Source of the DNA: Promethearchaeia archaeon
GTDB lineage: Archaea > Asgardarchaeota > Lokiarchaeia > Sigyniarchaeales > SOKP01
Reading direction: 5' to 3'
Assembly (NCBI GenBank): GCA_029856145.1
Contig: JAHQWK010000001.1
Span: 96,001 to 160,000, forward strand
Length of the DNA: 64,000 bases
Position numbers and translations under genes: made by a program. This document shows, in pieces, positions 29,909 through 40,476 of this stretch (the stretch's first letter is position 1; each line of letters opens with the position of its first letter). The notes beneath the pieces are model-generated. The model made no database searches, had not been told where the DNA came from, and saw nothing but the letters and a program-made list of their open reading frames with translations.

Positions 29909-30207
29909 GCTTTATGTTTATCATATTTTAACTTTTTATATTAGTCATTTGTATCCTCTTTTTTGGTCAATATCTGGTATAATTTGGTTTTTCATAGTAC
30001 CATTTGCAGGTTTATTTGCCGAAAAGTACTTAAGATTCGACTACAAAGCTAATAGAATACCAGAACCAAATGAAGAACTTAATAAAAATATAAAAAAAAT
30101 TTACAACGAAGCTTCAGCCATTTTTAAATTATCTCCAATAATAAATATTATATTTCGACATTCCCTATCTATTTCTTGACAAATTAGGTTAAAAAAAGGA
30201 ACCCAAG

Positions 30208-30600
30208 TTGAAGGATAGAAATAGGCTTAAATTAACAATAATTACTTGGAAAACTTTAAACGGCCTCTGTATTCTGTTCAGTGCATTTTTATTAATGAGT
30301 ATTTTAACAGCTATTTATTATCTCATTGCTGATCCTCCAGATTTGCCTTGCCTTATGTGTGCTGGATGTCCCTGTCCATATAGAGATTTTATCATAGCCA
30401 GAACTTATTATCTTAATTTTTTATTCCCAACCTTGATTTTACTTAATACGATATTTATCGCTATTTGTATTATTTTAATTGCAATTCTGAAACATAAGTA
30501 TGACTCTCTCAAATTAACTCTTTTTAGAAAAAAATATGGAAACAGTGAGGATTTATTCAAAAAATATAAAGCTACACTTCAATCTAATGAAGTACATTAG
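30208..30600 (+). CDS. Two-TM membrane protein with Cys-rich loop
   Basis: TM - PCLMCAGCPCPY - TM. Confidence 0.55.
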   Translation: MKDRNRLKLTIITWKTLNGLCILFSAFLLMSILTAIYYLIADPPDLPCLMCAGCPCPYRDFIIARTYYLNFLFPTLILLNTIFIAICIILIAILKHKYDSLKLTLFRKKYGNSEDLFKKYKATLQSNEVH

Positions 30601-30772
30601 AACTAGATTTATTAGAAATGTTGATGCCCATTCTCTCTATGTTCAGATGCGGTTTTTCAAAGGAATTTTCATTGAAATCAGACTCTGAATTTACCATTCA
30701 AGAAATTGGTTTATTTAAAAATTTCTATGTTACTAATGAAAGTTTCTAGTTTGCGAAACTATCGTAATTTAA

Positions 30773-31213
30773 ATGACTATGATATATGCATATAGTATAG
30801 TGCCAGGAAGTAAAAATCCAATAGAATCACATAAACATACAAAAAGAGAAGATCAAACAAGAAAATTAAAAGAATCAAATTATAAGTTGGAAATAGAAAA
30901 GTGGTACAAAGAAGGAAGGAAATTATCAATGAGGAGCCAGTTAGAAGAGATATTAATTAAAAAATCTGGGCTACCCCTATATAAATTAAGAATTTTGATA
31001 GATATATACGAAGGGAATGATTTTCGAAAACGTAAATCTTTCAAAAAAATAATCGATTATTTTCAGAACCTGAATCTTATTGAAAAGAAAGGAAATCAAT
31101 GGATTGTGTCGAAAAAGGGTAATTTATTAATGATAAAATTGTTTCCATTTTTAATAAAAAGTCTTGAATGGAGACCTAGTATGCTATTTCCAGAAGATTC
31201 TAGGGTATATTAA
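30773..31213 (+). CDS. Hypothetical protein with probable C-terminal winged helix
   Basis: FQNLNLIEKKGNQWIVSKKGN wing pattern. Confidence 0.5.
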   Translation: MTMIYAYSIVPGSKNPIESHKHTKREDQTRKLKESNYKLEIEKWYKEGRKLSMRSQLEEILIKKSGLPLYKLRILIDIYEGNDFRKRKSFKKIIDYFQNLNLIEKKGNQWIVSKKGNLLMIKLFPFLIKSLEWRPSMLFPEDSRVY

Positions 31214-31398
31214 AAAAAAATCAATCAATTAACCAAAATTCTTTCCTTGAATGGATTTATAGATTACTCTTTTTGTTTCTATAATTTTATAAGATAAATT
31301 TGATTTTTATTGCTAATAAGCCATACACACTCTCTATTTTTTAGCATTGCATTATATTTTTCTTTCTGATAAACATTTAAAAAAGACTCTTAATTTAC

Positions 31399-32607
31399 AT
31401 GTTTAGATTTAAAATGAAATACAATTTTGATCGAATAATTGACCGTTTTGGTACTAACTCAGTTAAATGGGATAAGCATTTTCTTAAAGAAAAATTTGAA
31501 ACTGATGATATTTTACCACTTTGGGTTGCAGATATGGATTTTCAATGCCCCAAACCCGTGATTGATGCTTTAAAAAGGAGAGCTGCTGACGAAATTTTTG
31601 GATACAGCTTGTATAAAACTCCTACATATTTAGATGCTGTTTCAAACTGGATGAAACGAAGACATGGTTGGAAAATTGATAGTGAGTGGATAATATTCAG
31701 CCCTGGGATTGTTCCAGCTATTTATATGATAGTTCAAACTTTTACTAATGTGGGAGAGAAAGTAATCATCCAACCACCAGTATATTATCCATTTTTTAGT
31801 GCTGTAGAAAATAATGGACGTATTCTATTGACAAATCAATTACAGTATGAGAATAGGAGGTATACTTTTGATTTTGATGATTTTGAAGCAAAAGCTAAAG
31901 ATCCGCTAACGAAGCTGTTTATTCTCTGTAGTCCTCATAACCCTGTAGGGCGTGTATGGACAGAAAAAGAACTTAGAAGACTTGGAGATATATGTTTAGA
32001 AAATGATGTTTTAATAATTTCAGACGAAATTCATCATGACTTAATTCTTTCGGGATATAAGCATACTCTTTTTTCTACAATATCAGAAGATTTTGAGAAA
32101 AACACAATTATGTGTACAGCACCAAGTAAAACTTTTAATATTGCTGGCTTAAAAACTTCTAATATAATTATTCCAGACGAAAAGATGAGAGAATCATTCT
32201 CAAATACAATATCCAAGAGGAACAGTGTGATGAGTCCTAATGCTTTTGGTATAGTTGCATTAATAGCTGCATATAATGAAGGAGAAGAGTGGTTAGATCA
32301 AGTAATGAAATATATAGAAGCTAATTTTGAGTTTTTAAAGGAATTTGTTAATGAAAAACTCCCTAACGTTGATTTTATTGAGCCTGAAGGAACTTATCTC
32401 GCTTGGTTAGATTGTAATAGATTGGGAATGGATGATGAAAAACTTAGTGATTTTATGTTAAAAAAAGCAAAAGTTGCATTAGATGATGGTAAAATATTTG
32501 GTCCCGGGGGAGTAGGATTTGAAAGAATAAATATAGGATGTCCACGATCAATATTAAAAGAATGTATGAATAGAATAGTTAATGCCTTAAAAGAAAAATC
32601 TCCCTAA
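31399..32607 (+). CDS. MalY/PatB-family PLP-dependent C-S lyase
   Basis: SVKWD, LWVADMDF, CSPHNPVGRVW, SDEIHHD, APSKTFNIAG, EGTYLAWLD. Confidence 0.92.
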   Translation: MFRFKMKYNFDRIIDRFGTNSVKWDKHFLKEKFETDDILPLWVADMDFQCPKPVIDALKRRAADEIFGYSLYKTPTYLDAVSNWMKRRHGWKIDSEWIIFSPGIVPAIYMIVQTFTNVGEKVIIQPPVYYPFFSAVENNGRILLTNQLQYENRRYTFDFDDFEAKAKDPLTKLFILCSPHNPVGRVWTEKELRRLGDICLENDVLIISDEIHHDLILSGYKHTLFSTISEDFEKNTIMCTAPSKTFNIAGLKTSNIIIPDEKMRESFSNTISKRNSVMSPNAFGIVALIAAYNEGEEWLDQVMKYIEANFEFLKEFVNEKLPNVDFIEPEGTYLAWLDCNRLGMDDEKLSDFMLKKAKVALDDGKIFGPGGVGFERINIGCPRSILKECMNRIVNALKEKSP

Positions 32608-32634
32608 TTTTTATATCCCACACTTGTAGTAAAT

Positions 32635-33162
32635 CTAATAAATTAATAAGGTTTGATTCCTTCTTGAATCGCTATTTATTAAATCTCTAAATTTTTCATT
32701 ATCTTCATCAATAAATTCCCAGAATTCATTATAAATTTCCTTAAGGGTCATTTTTCTTTTCTGGGACGCAATATTTTGATTATTTAGGCACTTTTTTACA
32801 TCGTTTTTGGGTATCTTAGGTCTATATTCAAGATAATTACCCTCCAAAATTAAATTATCAAAAAGTTCATTGTCATTTTGTTTGAGATTCCTAGAATTAG
32901 AATTCTTTTCTTGATTTAACTTATTCTCAAATTCAAAATCGACTCTTTGATATCCACGTACCTGGAACTGTTTATCCACAAATGCTTGGAACTGATGATC
33001 ACATACCAATCCTCTTGCAATTGACATTGTAGTTAATTGTTTTGCTTCAACAATAACAGAATTAGGAATTTCTAATAATTTCTTTGATTTGCAAACTGGA
33101 CAAATAAATTCAACCTTAGATGTATCGATACTTATATTGGTCTTAACTTCTGTAACTGCCAT
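32635..33162 (-). CDS. Zn-binding hypothetical protein
   Basis: CPVC...CDHQFQAFVDKQFQVRGYQ; related to N-terminus of 53826-54422. Confidence 0.6.
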   Translation of the reverse strand: MAVTEVKTNISIDTSKVEFICPVCKSKKLLEIPNSVIVEAKQLTTMSIARGLVCDHQFQAFVDKQFQVRGYQRVDFEFENKLNQEKNSNSRNLKQNDNELFDNLILEGNYLEYRPKIPKNDVKKCLNNQNIASQKRKMTLKEIYNEFWEFIDEDNEKFRDLINSDSRRNQTLLIY

Positions 33163-33282
33163 TATAACACCTTCTTGAGATTATCTAAAATTAATAATAA
33201 AAACCCCATTTAATTGTTAGAAATTGGGATAAGATTTAAGAAAAGAGAGATAAAACATTAAGTAATTTATTAATATTCCCTA

Positions 33283-33798
33283 TTAGGTATTATCGGGATC
33301 AAATTTAATATTCATATTACTTTCATCTAATTCAAAAATTATCTCTAAATTTGTTATAAAATCACTCTCTACTTTGAAAACGTGTTCACCTTCAGTAAAC
33401 ATTTTCAAGGAATTCTCATCTACTTTGATTAAAACGCTAATACTATCACCTAAGTCAATAGTTCTTCCACTAAGTTTGCCTTCCAAAACATCATTAATAT
33501 TAAATGACTCTCCTATATGATAAATCAATAAACGATTCTTAATATTATCTAAATTAAAACTTTCCTTAGTAAAATTTAATGGTATATCATCTAAGAGAAG
33601 TTTACCATATTGTGATATATCAAAACTATTAGAATCAAATTCTTTTAAACTAAAATCTCCTATTTCAATATGTTCGGGAATAACAAATGGTATAATTAAA
33701 TTCAGAACTTTTATTTGGAGAGAATCTGCATTTCCATTACTAGTAGTATCTACAGTAAAAACACTTTTCTTACTGGGAAATAGCTTCCTTAGGAGCAC
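33283..33798 (-). CDS. Hypothetical beta-rich protein
   Basis: 171-aa ORF; frame stays open slightly upstream, so start uncertain. Confidence 0.55.
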   Translation of the reverse strand: MLLRKLFPSKKSVFTVDTTSNGNADSLQIKVLNLIIPFVIPEHIEIGDFSLKEFDSNSFDISQYGKLLLDDIPLNFTKESFNLDNIKNRLLIYHIGESFNINDVLEGKLSGRTIDLGDSISVLIKVDENSLKMFTEGEHVFKVESDFITNLEIIFELDESNMNIKFDPDNT

Positions 33799-33882
33799 TT
33801 TAAAGGCAGATAAATCATATGGGATAAGCGTTCAACCTATTAATTTTTCATGAATTATTTATAAATTTAAATATTTAAAATA

Positions 33883-34917
33883 TTAAAATTTTTCTACTTC
33901 AGAAATCTTTATGGGACGATTCTCTTCATATGATTTCTGAGCAGCTAATGCAATTAGAACATTTTGTAGTCCATCTTCCCCGTTTGGCTTAGGTTCTATA
34001 TTTTTACGCAAACATTCAAAGAAATACTTCAATTCATTTGAATATGATTCCATATATCGTTCCATGAAAAAATATGGTATCTTATCAATATTAGTATATT
34101 CAGCAGTATAAATACGAACAGTGTTAGTTACCTCATTATCAGCCACTACACATCCTTTAGAACCAAATACTTCCACACGTTGATCATACCCATAAACGGC
34201 CTGACGAGTATTATCGATTATTCCTATAGCACCACTTTTAAATTTTAAAATGACCACAGCAGTATCTATATCTCCTGCCTTCCCAATTTCAGGATCAATA
34301 AGTACTGCTCCAGTTGCATAGATTTCCTCGACTTCACTCCCAGTTTGGAATCTTGCCATGTCCCAATCATGGATGGTCATATCAAGAAAAATTCCTCCTG
34401 AAACCTTTATATAGGCTATTGGAGGGGGCACGGGATCTCGAGAAGTAATTTTAACAATTTGAGGTTCACCAATTTGACCAGAAGCAACTGATTCATGGCA
34501 CCTCATAAAATTGCGATCAAAACGTCTATTAAACCCAATCATGAGTTTTATACCCATTTCTTTAACAACTGAAAGTGTCTCTTTAATTCGCTTTATATCT
34601 GTATCAATAGGTTTCTCACAAAAAACATTTTTATTCGCCTTGGCAGCATCTTGAATAAATTTCGTATGAGTGTCTGTAGAAGAACAAATCACAACTATAT
34701 CAATTTCAGGATCATTAATAATTTCATATGCGTCTGAAGTGAGTTTAGGTGCCCCAATTTCTACTGCCCATTGCCTCAATTCATCCTTGATTTCTATGTC
34801 AGCTATGATTTTTAAATTAACATCGCGGATTTTCCGTAATAGATTTTTAATATGTATTTTGCCAATTCTACCGGCCCCGATTACTCCTACAGTAAATATT
34901 TTTCCCAAATATATCAC
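33883..34917 (-). CDS. iolG: Inositol 2-dehydrogenase (Gfo/Idh/MocA family)
   Basis: GAGRIG, CEKP, GFNRRFD, SGGIFLDMTIHD, YGYDQRVEVFGSKG. Confidence 0.88.
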   Translation of the reverse strand: MIYLGKIFTVGVIGAGRIGKIHIKNLLRKIRDVNLKIIADIEIKDELRQWAVEIGAPKLTSDAYEIINDPEIDIVVICSSTDTHTKFIQDAAKANKNVFCEKPIDTDIKRIKETLSVVKEMGIKLMIGFNRRFDRNFMRCHESVASGQIGEPQIVKITSRDPVPPPIAYIKVSGGIFLDMTIHDWDMARFQTGSEVEEIYATGAVLIDPEIGKAGDIDTAVVILKFKSGAIGIIDNTRQAVYGYDQRVEVFGSKGCVVADNEVTNTVRIYTAEYTNIDKIPYFFMERYMESYSNELKYFFECLRKNIEPKPNGEDGLQNVLIALAAQKSYEENRPIKISEVEKF

Positions 34918-35068
34918 TTAAAACCTTAAAATGTTTAAATTTCAGAATTTTTAAAGAGTGTTCTACCTTTAAAATTTCTGATAAAGAATTATAGATTTAT
35001 ATTTATTTAAGTCTAAATTGATTTAATTAATTAAAATTTTATTATCAAAAAATAAAAGTGTTAGCTTA

Positions 35069-36274
35069 ATGACTGAAACGAATATTCAAATTTATAGATC
35101 TCGTTGGAAAGTTCTTTTACTCTTTATGTTTGTAAATATTACCTTACAAATGTTATGGATAAGTTTTGCTTCAATAACAATTGAAGCAGCAGTTTTTTAT
35201 GGTGTAGCAGAATTAGAAATTCTTTTTTTATCTTTGGTATTTATGATTGCTTATATACCAGTTACATTCTTAGCTTCATGGATAATTGATAAATATGATT
35301 TTAGAATTGGGGCAGGAATTGGTGTTATACTTGCTGGAATTTTTGGGTTTTTACGATTTTTTGCTGGCAATGATTATATGTTGCTGTTAATATTTCAGAT
35401 AGGAATTGCGATTGGTCAACCCTTCCTTTTAAATAGTATTACTAGGCTTTCAGCAAATTGGTTTCCAGAATCAGAAAGAACCTCGGCAACAGGATTATCT
35501 ATGATTTCTCAATTTATTGGAATTATGTTAGGAGTGTTAATAACACCATTTATTGTTGAGGCTGTTAATATTCCAATAATGATATTAATATATGGAATAT
35601 TAGCTTTAATTTCTGGAGCACTTTTTATTATTTTTGCGAAAAATAAACCACCCACTCCCCCCTCTAGTGAAAGTTCAAGGGAAAAAGTTTTAATGGGCGA
35701 GGGTTTGAAGCAATTATTTTTGAATAAATACTTTTTAATATTATTTATAACATTCTTCTTTGGATTAGGTATTTTTAACTTTATCACATCCTACATTGAA
35801 TTAATTGTATTTCCGAGGGGATTTGATGCAACTGATGCTGGACTTCTTGGCGGTTTAATGCTAATAGGTGGAATTGTTGGTTGTGTTATAATGTCAGCTC
35901 TATCTGATAAGTATAAAAAGCATAAAATGTTACTTATTATTTCAATTCTAATAGCAACCATTTCGTTATTTATAATCACTTTTTCCTACGATCCAATACT
36001 ATTATACTTGTTTAGCTTTCTTTTAGGCTATGGAGTTTTGTCTGCAGGGCCAGTAGCCTTAGAATATGCTGTAGATTTAACAAAACCCGTTCCAGAAGCA
36101 AGTTCGAATGGTATGTTAATGATGATTGGTCAATTTGGAGGAATAATTTTTATACTCTTTTTTGAAGGATTTACAACCCCATTAGGAGATTATTTTCCAA
36201 CGTTGTTGCTGGAATCGATTTTTCTTTTAATTGTATTGGTTATAGTTTTCTTTCTAAAAGAAAAATCAGATTAA
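35069..36274 (+). CDS. MFS transporter (FLVCR-like)
   Basis: About 12 TMs; YRSRW, GQPF..SANWFPESER, EY..TKPVPEASSNG. Confidence 0.88.
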   Translation: MTETNIQIYRSRWKVLLLFMFVNITLQMLWISFASITIEAAVFYGVAELEILFLSLVFMIAYIPVTFLASWIIDKYDFRIGAGIGVILAGIFGFLRFFAGNDYMLLLIFQIGIAIGQPFLLNSITRLSANWFPESERTSATGLSMISQFIGIMLGVLITPFIVEAVNIPIMILIYGILALISGALFIIFAKNKPPTPPSSESSREKVLMGEGLKQLFLNKYFLILFITFFFGLGIFNFITSYIELIVFPRGFDATDAGLLGGLMLIGGIVGCVIMSALSDKYKKHKMLLIISILIATISLFIITFSYDPILLYLFSFLLGYGVLSAGPVALEYAVDLTKPVPEASSNGMLMMIGQFGGIIFILFFEGFTTPLGDYFPTLLLESIFLLIVLVIVFFLKEKSD

Positions 36275-36371
36275 AACTAACTTTTTTTTTTTTTTAAAAT
36301 TTTTTATAGAAAAGGATATAGATCTATTAATATCAGTATAGTTGAAAATAAAAAAAAGGAATGAATTTTAG

Positions 36372-36854
36372 TTATATTTGTGCTCCACAATATGCACAAT
36401 ATTGCGCATTTTCTTTTGTTATAGGCGTTCCACAATTAGAACAATATTTCGTTCGTTCTTCTGAAACAACTTCTTTCTCTGGTATTGATAGGTGTTTAAT
36501 CTGCCCAGTAGTTGTATTAAATTTTCCTATTAATTGACTTGAAGCTTTCAAATCTAAAATGATCGCATGAATATCTTTTCTTGAGATTCCTGTACTTTTA
36601 CTAATATCTTCTATGGTTGCCTCTGGATTTTCTTGAAATTCTGCCAAAATAACATTTCTTAATTTACTTCTATTTGTTATTGCATAAATTTGACTCATTA
36701 AAATCGCTATTCCAATACCCGTTGAGATAAAACCCCACCATGACCATGCATCCCATGGAATAAATGAGGAAATCCCCCAATAGAGGAATGCACCAGCAAT
36801 TATTAACGCACAAATGGAGAAACCTTCAGAATATTGATTTTTTTCATATTTCAC
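36372..36854 (-). CDS. Two-TM, winged-helix and zinc-ribbon protein
   Basis: TMs, ATIEDISKSTG HTH, YCSNCG..YCAYCG. Confidence 0.7.
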   Translation of the reverse strand: MKYEKNQYSEGFSICALIIAGAFLYWGISSFIPWDAWSWWGFISTGIGIAILMSQIYAITNRSKLRNVILAEFQENPEATIEDISKSTGISRKDIHAIILDLKASSQLIGKFNTTTGQIKHLSIPEKEVVSEERTKYCSNCGTPITKENAQYCAYCGAQI

Positions 36855-37007
36855 TTTAATTCACTAATGTTTTTTTTATTTACATAATTTATATAGAATA
36901 TTGGTAAGTAGTTTGGAAATTTTATAAATATTTAGATTACTTTTTATAAGCTTAATATCAATTAACACTTTAAAAACAAAACAAGATGGACAGATTATAA
37001 TTCCTGG

Positions 37008-37364
37008 TTAATTTGTTTTAACACATTTATTTATAACATCAAAAATTTGAGAAAAATCTAATTGATCATCCAATAATGTTATAATTATTTTACCCATAAA
37101 TTTAATTGAAAATATATAATAGTTGCTTGCATGAATTAAATTAAAATCAGGGTTATGAACTCCAATTTCCAAGGCAATTTCTTCGGCTAATTCATATAAC
37201 TGCGACATATTTAACCCTATTGAAGTTTTATTAAATTCTTGGTTAATATACGATTTAATGACAGCACCATTCTCAGAAGTAATTATAACAAAATATAATC
37301 CTGATTCTCCAAATTCTTTGATTAAAGAGTCAAGAACTAAATCGACTTCTAGAGTTACAGTCAT
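37008..37364 (-). CDS. Roadblock-like protein
   Basis: FVIITSENGAVIKS plus helix plus beta-meander. Confidence 0.5.
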   Translation of the reverse strand: MTVTLEVDLVLDSLIKEFGESGLYFVIITSENGAVIKSYINQEFNKTSIGLNMSQLYELAEEIALEIGVHNPDFNLIHASNYYIFSIKFMGKIIITLLDDQLDFSQIFDVINKCVKTN

Positions 37365-37489
37365 TGTGATATAATTTAATGGTTTGCTTATTTATAATTT
37401 TAGGTAAAATTTAATATTTCTATTCTAAATCTTACAGTAATTCTAAATTACTAAAAATAATTGCTTTAAAAGGCTGTTTTAGATACTAT

Positions 37490-38308
37490 TTATATCTTAA
37501 AATATTGGTCAATCACACCTTCAAATTCATGAAACGGGCTCAAATCCCCTTTAAACCCTATTACATGAGAAGTATAATATGTATCTAAGAACTCTTCTAC
37601 AATTAATTGCATATATCTTTTAATATTTTCAGATCTCTTATTTTTATCAATAATATATGCAAAAATAACATTTTTCTTAGTTTTTAAGAATAAATGACAA
37701 CCCCCAAGATTTACATCCTCAAGTTTTAATCCGTATTCTTCACCAGCAATAAAATCTTGAGCATATATCAATATCGCTGAAATAAAGCCAGCGATTTGGA
37801 AATTGTTATTTGCCATATTAGGTCTATTTTTATTCACTTTTGAAAAATATAAAAACCCAGCTTTATCTATAATAAAAAGACCAATTAATCCTTTGGCTTT
37901 GGGAATAGTGATTATATTATGACATATTTTTCTTAACCCTGTTTCCAATGTGTCAGAACTTATATTATTGTATATTCTTTTTGATAAATAATATAGGTTG
38001 GTATAGTTCATTAGATTTTCTGTTTTATCAATGTACATAAGAATTAACTTACTATTTTGCTTTATTTCAAAGAAGTTAATATACACAGTAAGATTCCCGA
38101 TATTATCTTTTATATATCCTTGTCTTTTAGTAAGTATGTCATTTTTATATAAATCAATAATTTTTCTTGTAAGTGTGATACCAATTCCTTTTTGGAAAAA
38201 AATCTCAAGATTTCCCTCTATATTTATCTCTGAGATAGTAAAACCTCGTAATTGATAAATTTGGAAATTTTCCTCTAATTCTTGGTAGTTATTATTTATT
38301 GTAATCAT
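37490..38308 (-). CDS. Longin/roadblock-like domain protein
   Basis: GLFIIDKAG..IAGFISAI..NVIFAYII..F.GDLSPF..FE pattern. Confidence 0.55.
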   Translation of the reverse strand: MITINNNYQELEENFQIYQLRGFTISEINIEGNLEIFFQKGIGITLTRKIIDLYKNDILTKRQGYIKDNIGNLTVYINFFEIKQNSKLILMYIDKTENLMNYTNLYYLSKRIYNNISSDTLETGLRKICHNIITIPKAKGLIGLFIIDKAGFLYFSKVNKNRPNMANNNFQIAGFISAILIYAQDFIAGEEYGLKLEDVNLGGCHLFLKTKKNVIFAYIIDKNKRSENIKRYMQLIVEEFLDTYYTSHVIGFKGDLSPFHEFEGVIDQYFKI

Positions 38309-38715
38309 TGATTTATAATAATTTTTTTGTGCTTATTTTTTCCTTTTGTGTTAATAAATTAATCACGATTAATATATTTAAATCTTTTTGGATTAAAAAA
38401 CTTTAAAACAATAAAGATTTTTGACAACAAAAAGTGAACCAATAAGATCTTTAATTTATAAAAAATAAATTAAACAATACCATCTAAATTAATAAAATAG
38501 AATTCCTGGAATTTTATGAAATAAAAATGATTAGAATTTATTTGTTATTTAAATAATTTTGTACTATGTCAAAATCAGATTATCTAAAATAAATAAGCCC
38601 CTTATGTTTTATAACGGAATAGTTCAGGATTTGCATTTATCAGCATGATATAAAATGAATGTAAAAATAATAAGAGAAAAAAAAAAAAAAGTATAATATA
38701 TCATCTCAATATATT

Positions 38716-39549
38716 TTACTTTTCATCAATAGTTAATGAGGTTTTTAATTCTTCTGCTAATGTCCCTAGTTTATGGGCCGTAGATGTTACTTCTTCCATT
38801 GAAGCAGTCTGTTCTTCTGCAGAAGCACTAATTCCTTCCATAGCACTAAACGAATAATTAATTTTATTAATTACTTCTTTGATCTTATTGTTTGTTTCTC
38901 GGACAGCACCTTTTGATTCCTCAGCTAATTTTCTAACCTCATCTGCGACTACCGCGAAACCTCTTCCTTGCTCACCAGCTCTCCCCGCTTCAATACTGGC
39001 ATTTAAAGCTAATAAATTAGTCTGATCTGAGATGTTTGTTATAATACTCATTACACTGTTAATCTCGTTAGTTGATCTCATAACGTCTTGAGTATTAGTT
39101 GTCATTTCTTGGGTTGATGAAGCTATTTCTTCTGATGCTGCGTTCACTTCACTGGCACTTGCAGCAAGTTCATTAGCAATATTCGCTACATTTATGCTTG
39201 CATTTGATGCGGCCTCAATTACTCCTTTCATATTGTTACTCGATTTTTCAAGTTTTTGTTCTAAGAAAGGAATGACAGCAAAAAATAAAGCAACTACTCC
39301 CATAAACAAAGCAAAACTTTCACCAAAAGCATCGGCATAATCCGAATTCCATAGTTGCCACTTATCAAGAAGATTCCCTAGAGTATATAGAGCACCTCCA
39401 ATTACAGAAAATACGTATATAGCGTTTGTAGGTGTCCTTTTTTTATAATAAATAAACACAGATATTAAAACTGCGATAAAAAAGAAAAGCATACCCACTA
39501 AATTAAGCCCACCGTCAAGCAAATCTGCTGGATCTATTTGTAATAACAT
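38716..39549 (-). CDS. Methyl-accepting chemotaxis-like protein (3 TM plus short signalling hairpin)
   Basis: [38 protein letters not shown]. Confidence 0.93.
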   Translation of the reverse strand: MLLQIDPADLLDGGLNLVGMLFFFIAVLISVFIYYKKRTPTNAIYVFSVIGGALYTLGNLLDKWQLWNSDYADAFGESFALFMGVVALFFAVIPFLEQKLEKSSNNMKGVIEAASNASINVANIANELAASASEVNAASEEIASSTQEMTTNTQDVMRSTNEINSVMSIITNISDQTNLLALNASIEAGRAGEQGRGFAVVADEVRKLAEESKGAVRETNNKIKEVINKINYSFSAMEGISASAEEQTASMEEVTSTAHKLGTLAEELKTSLTIDEK

Positions 39550-39557
39550 TTATTTTC

Positions 39558-39866
39558 TCACCGCTCCATCTTTTTGGTTGGTAATTTGATTTGTTTTCCT
39601 TTTAAAACTTTATTGTAGTACTCGTAAATTGCTGCGAGACAGAATAAAATTCCTGCTAGCATCGAAAAAAAGTGTTCCATGAAATTAAAAGTCTCAGGTG
39701 CTATAAAAGCTTCTAGGTTTGTTGAAAGGAATGTCATAAAAACACAATAATAACCTGGAAACCATTTCATAATATCCCGCCTCTTCTTTAAAAGATAGGG
39801 AGAAAATGCCACTGGAATGGCTAAGATTATTAAAACGGTTAATTCATTTATTTCTAAACTTGGCAT
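39558..39866 (-). CDS. Small three-TM membrane protein
   Basis: Three hydrophobic segments; lies 8 bp upstream of the MCP gene. Confidence 0.7.
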   Translation of the reverse strand: MPSLEINELTVLIILAIPVAFSPYLLKKRRDIMKWFPGYYCVFMTFLSTNLEAFIAPETFNFMEHFFSMLAGILFCLAAIYEYYNKVLKGKQIKLPTKKMER

Positions 39867-40067
39867 TTAGTATTCATTTCTTAAATGGTTTGCAAAACTA
39901 TTCTATAAAATAAAATCCCTTCCTTTGATTTTATTTTAAGATGTTTTTTTATAACTAATATTAGTTTTTGTATATAAATATTTCTTTTTTGACCCTTTTT
40001 ATAATGCTCTACACAAAAATCATTTATAAGGCTATATCTGTATTTTGTCATTAATGAAAAACCTCAA

Positions 40068-40265
40068 AAAGAAAAAGGAATTTTATTTGAAAAATTCGGT
40101 AAAATTGAACGATATGGCATGGATTTAGGGGTTGATATTGAAGGTTCTGGGCTTGGATTATACATTTCAAAAGAAATAATTGAATTACATAACGGTCAAA
40201 TTCTCGTAGAATCTGAAGGAAGACATAAAGGAGCTCTATTTACTGCTAGATTATTTAAAAATTAG
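40068..40265 (+). pseudogene. Histidine kinase HATPase_c C-terminal fragment
   Basis: Hand translation KEKGILFEKFGKIERYGMDLGVDIEGSGLGLYISKEIIELHNGQILVESEGRHKGALFTARLFKN* (F and G2 boxes only). Confidence 0.85.
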
Positions 40266-40269
40266 GGAA

Positions 40270-40344
40270 TGGGCCAGGCAGGATTCGAACCTGCGATATC
40301 CCAGTCCGAAGCCGGGCACCCTATCCAGACTAGATTACAGGCCC
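40270..40344 (-). tRNA. tRNA-Arg(TCG), intronless
   Basis: Reverse complement GGGCCTG..CCCGG-CT-TCG-GA-CTGGG..GCAGG-TTCGAAT-CCTGC-CTGGCCC-A (one U-U pair in acceptor). Confidence 0.92.
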
Positions 40345-40476
40345 TAAAATTAAGGGTAAAAAACTTGTAAGTTAAATTACTTTCATTCATTATTTCTAAA
40401 AAATCTTTTTGTTTAACTATAATGAATGTACAAACTCATTCTTGAGCTCATTAAAAGAAAAGTAAGTAAAATAAAA

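Noticed and set aside
30605-30690. Short frame containing RNVDAH as another HEPN relic
   Set aside because: Too short and has no start codon; a chance match is likely
36282-38690. Long homopolymers (T run near 36282, A run near 38677) as phase-variation tracts
   Set aside because: Intergenic and just downstream of genes; compatible with archaeal oligo-T terminators or sequencing noise
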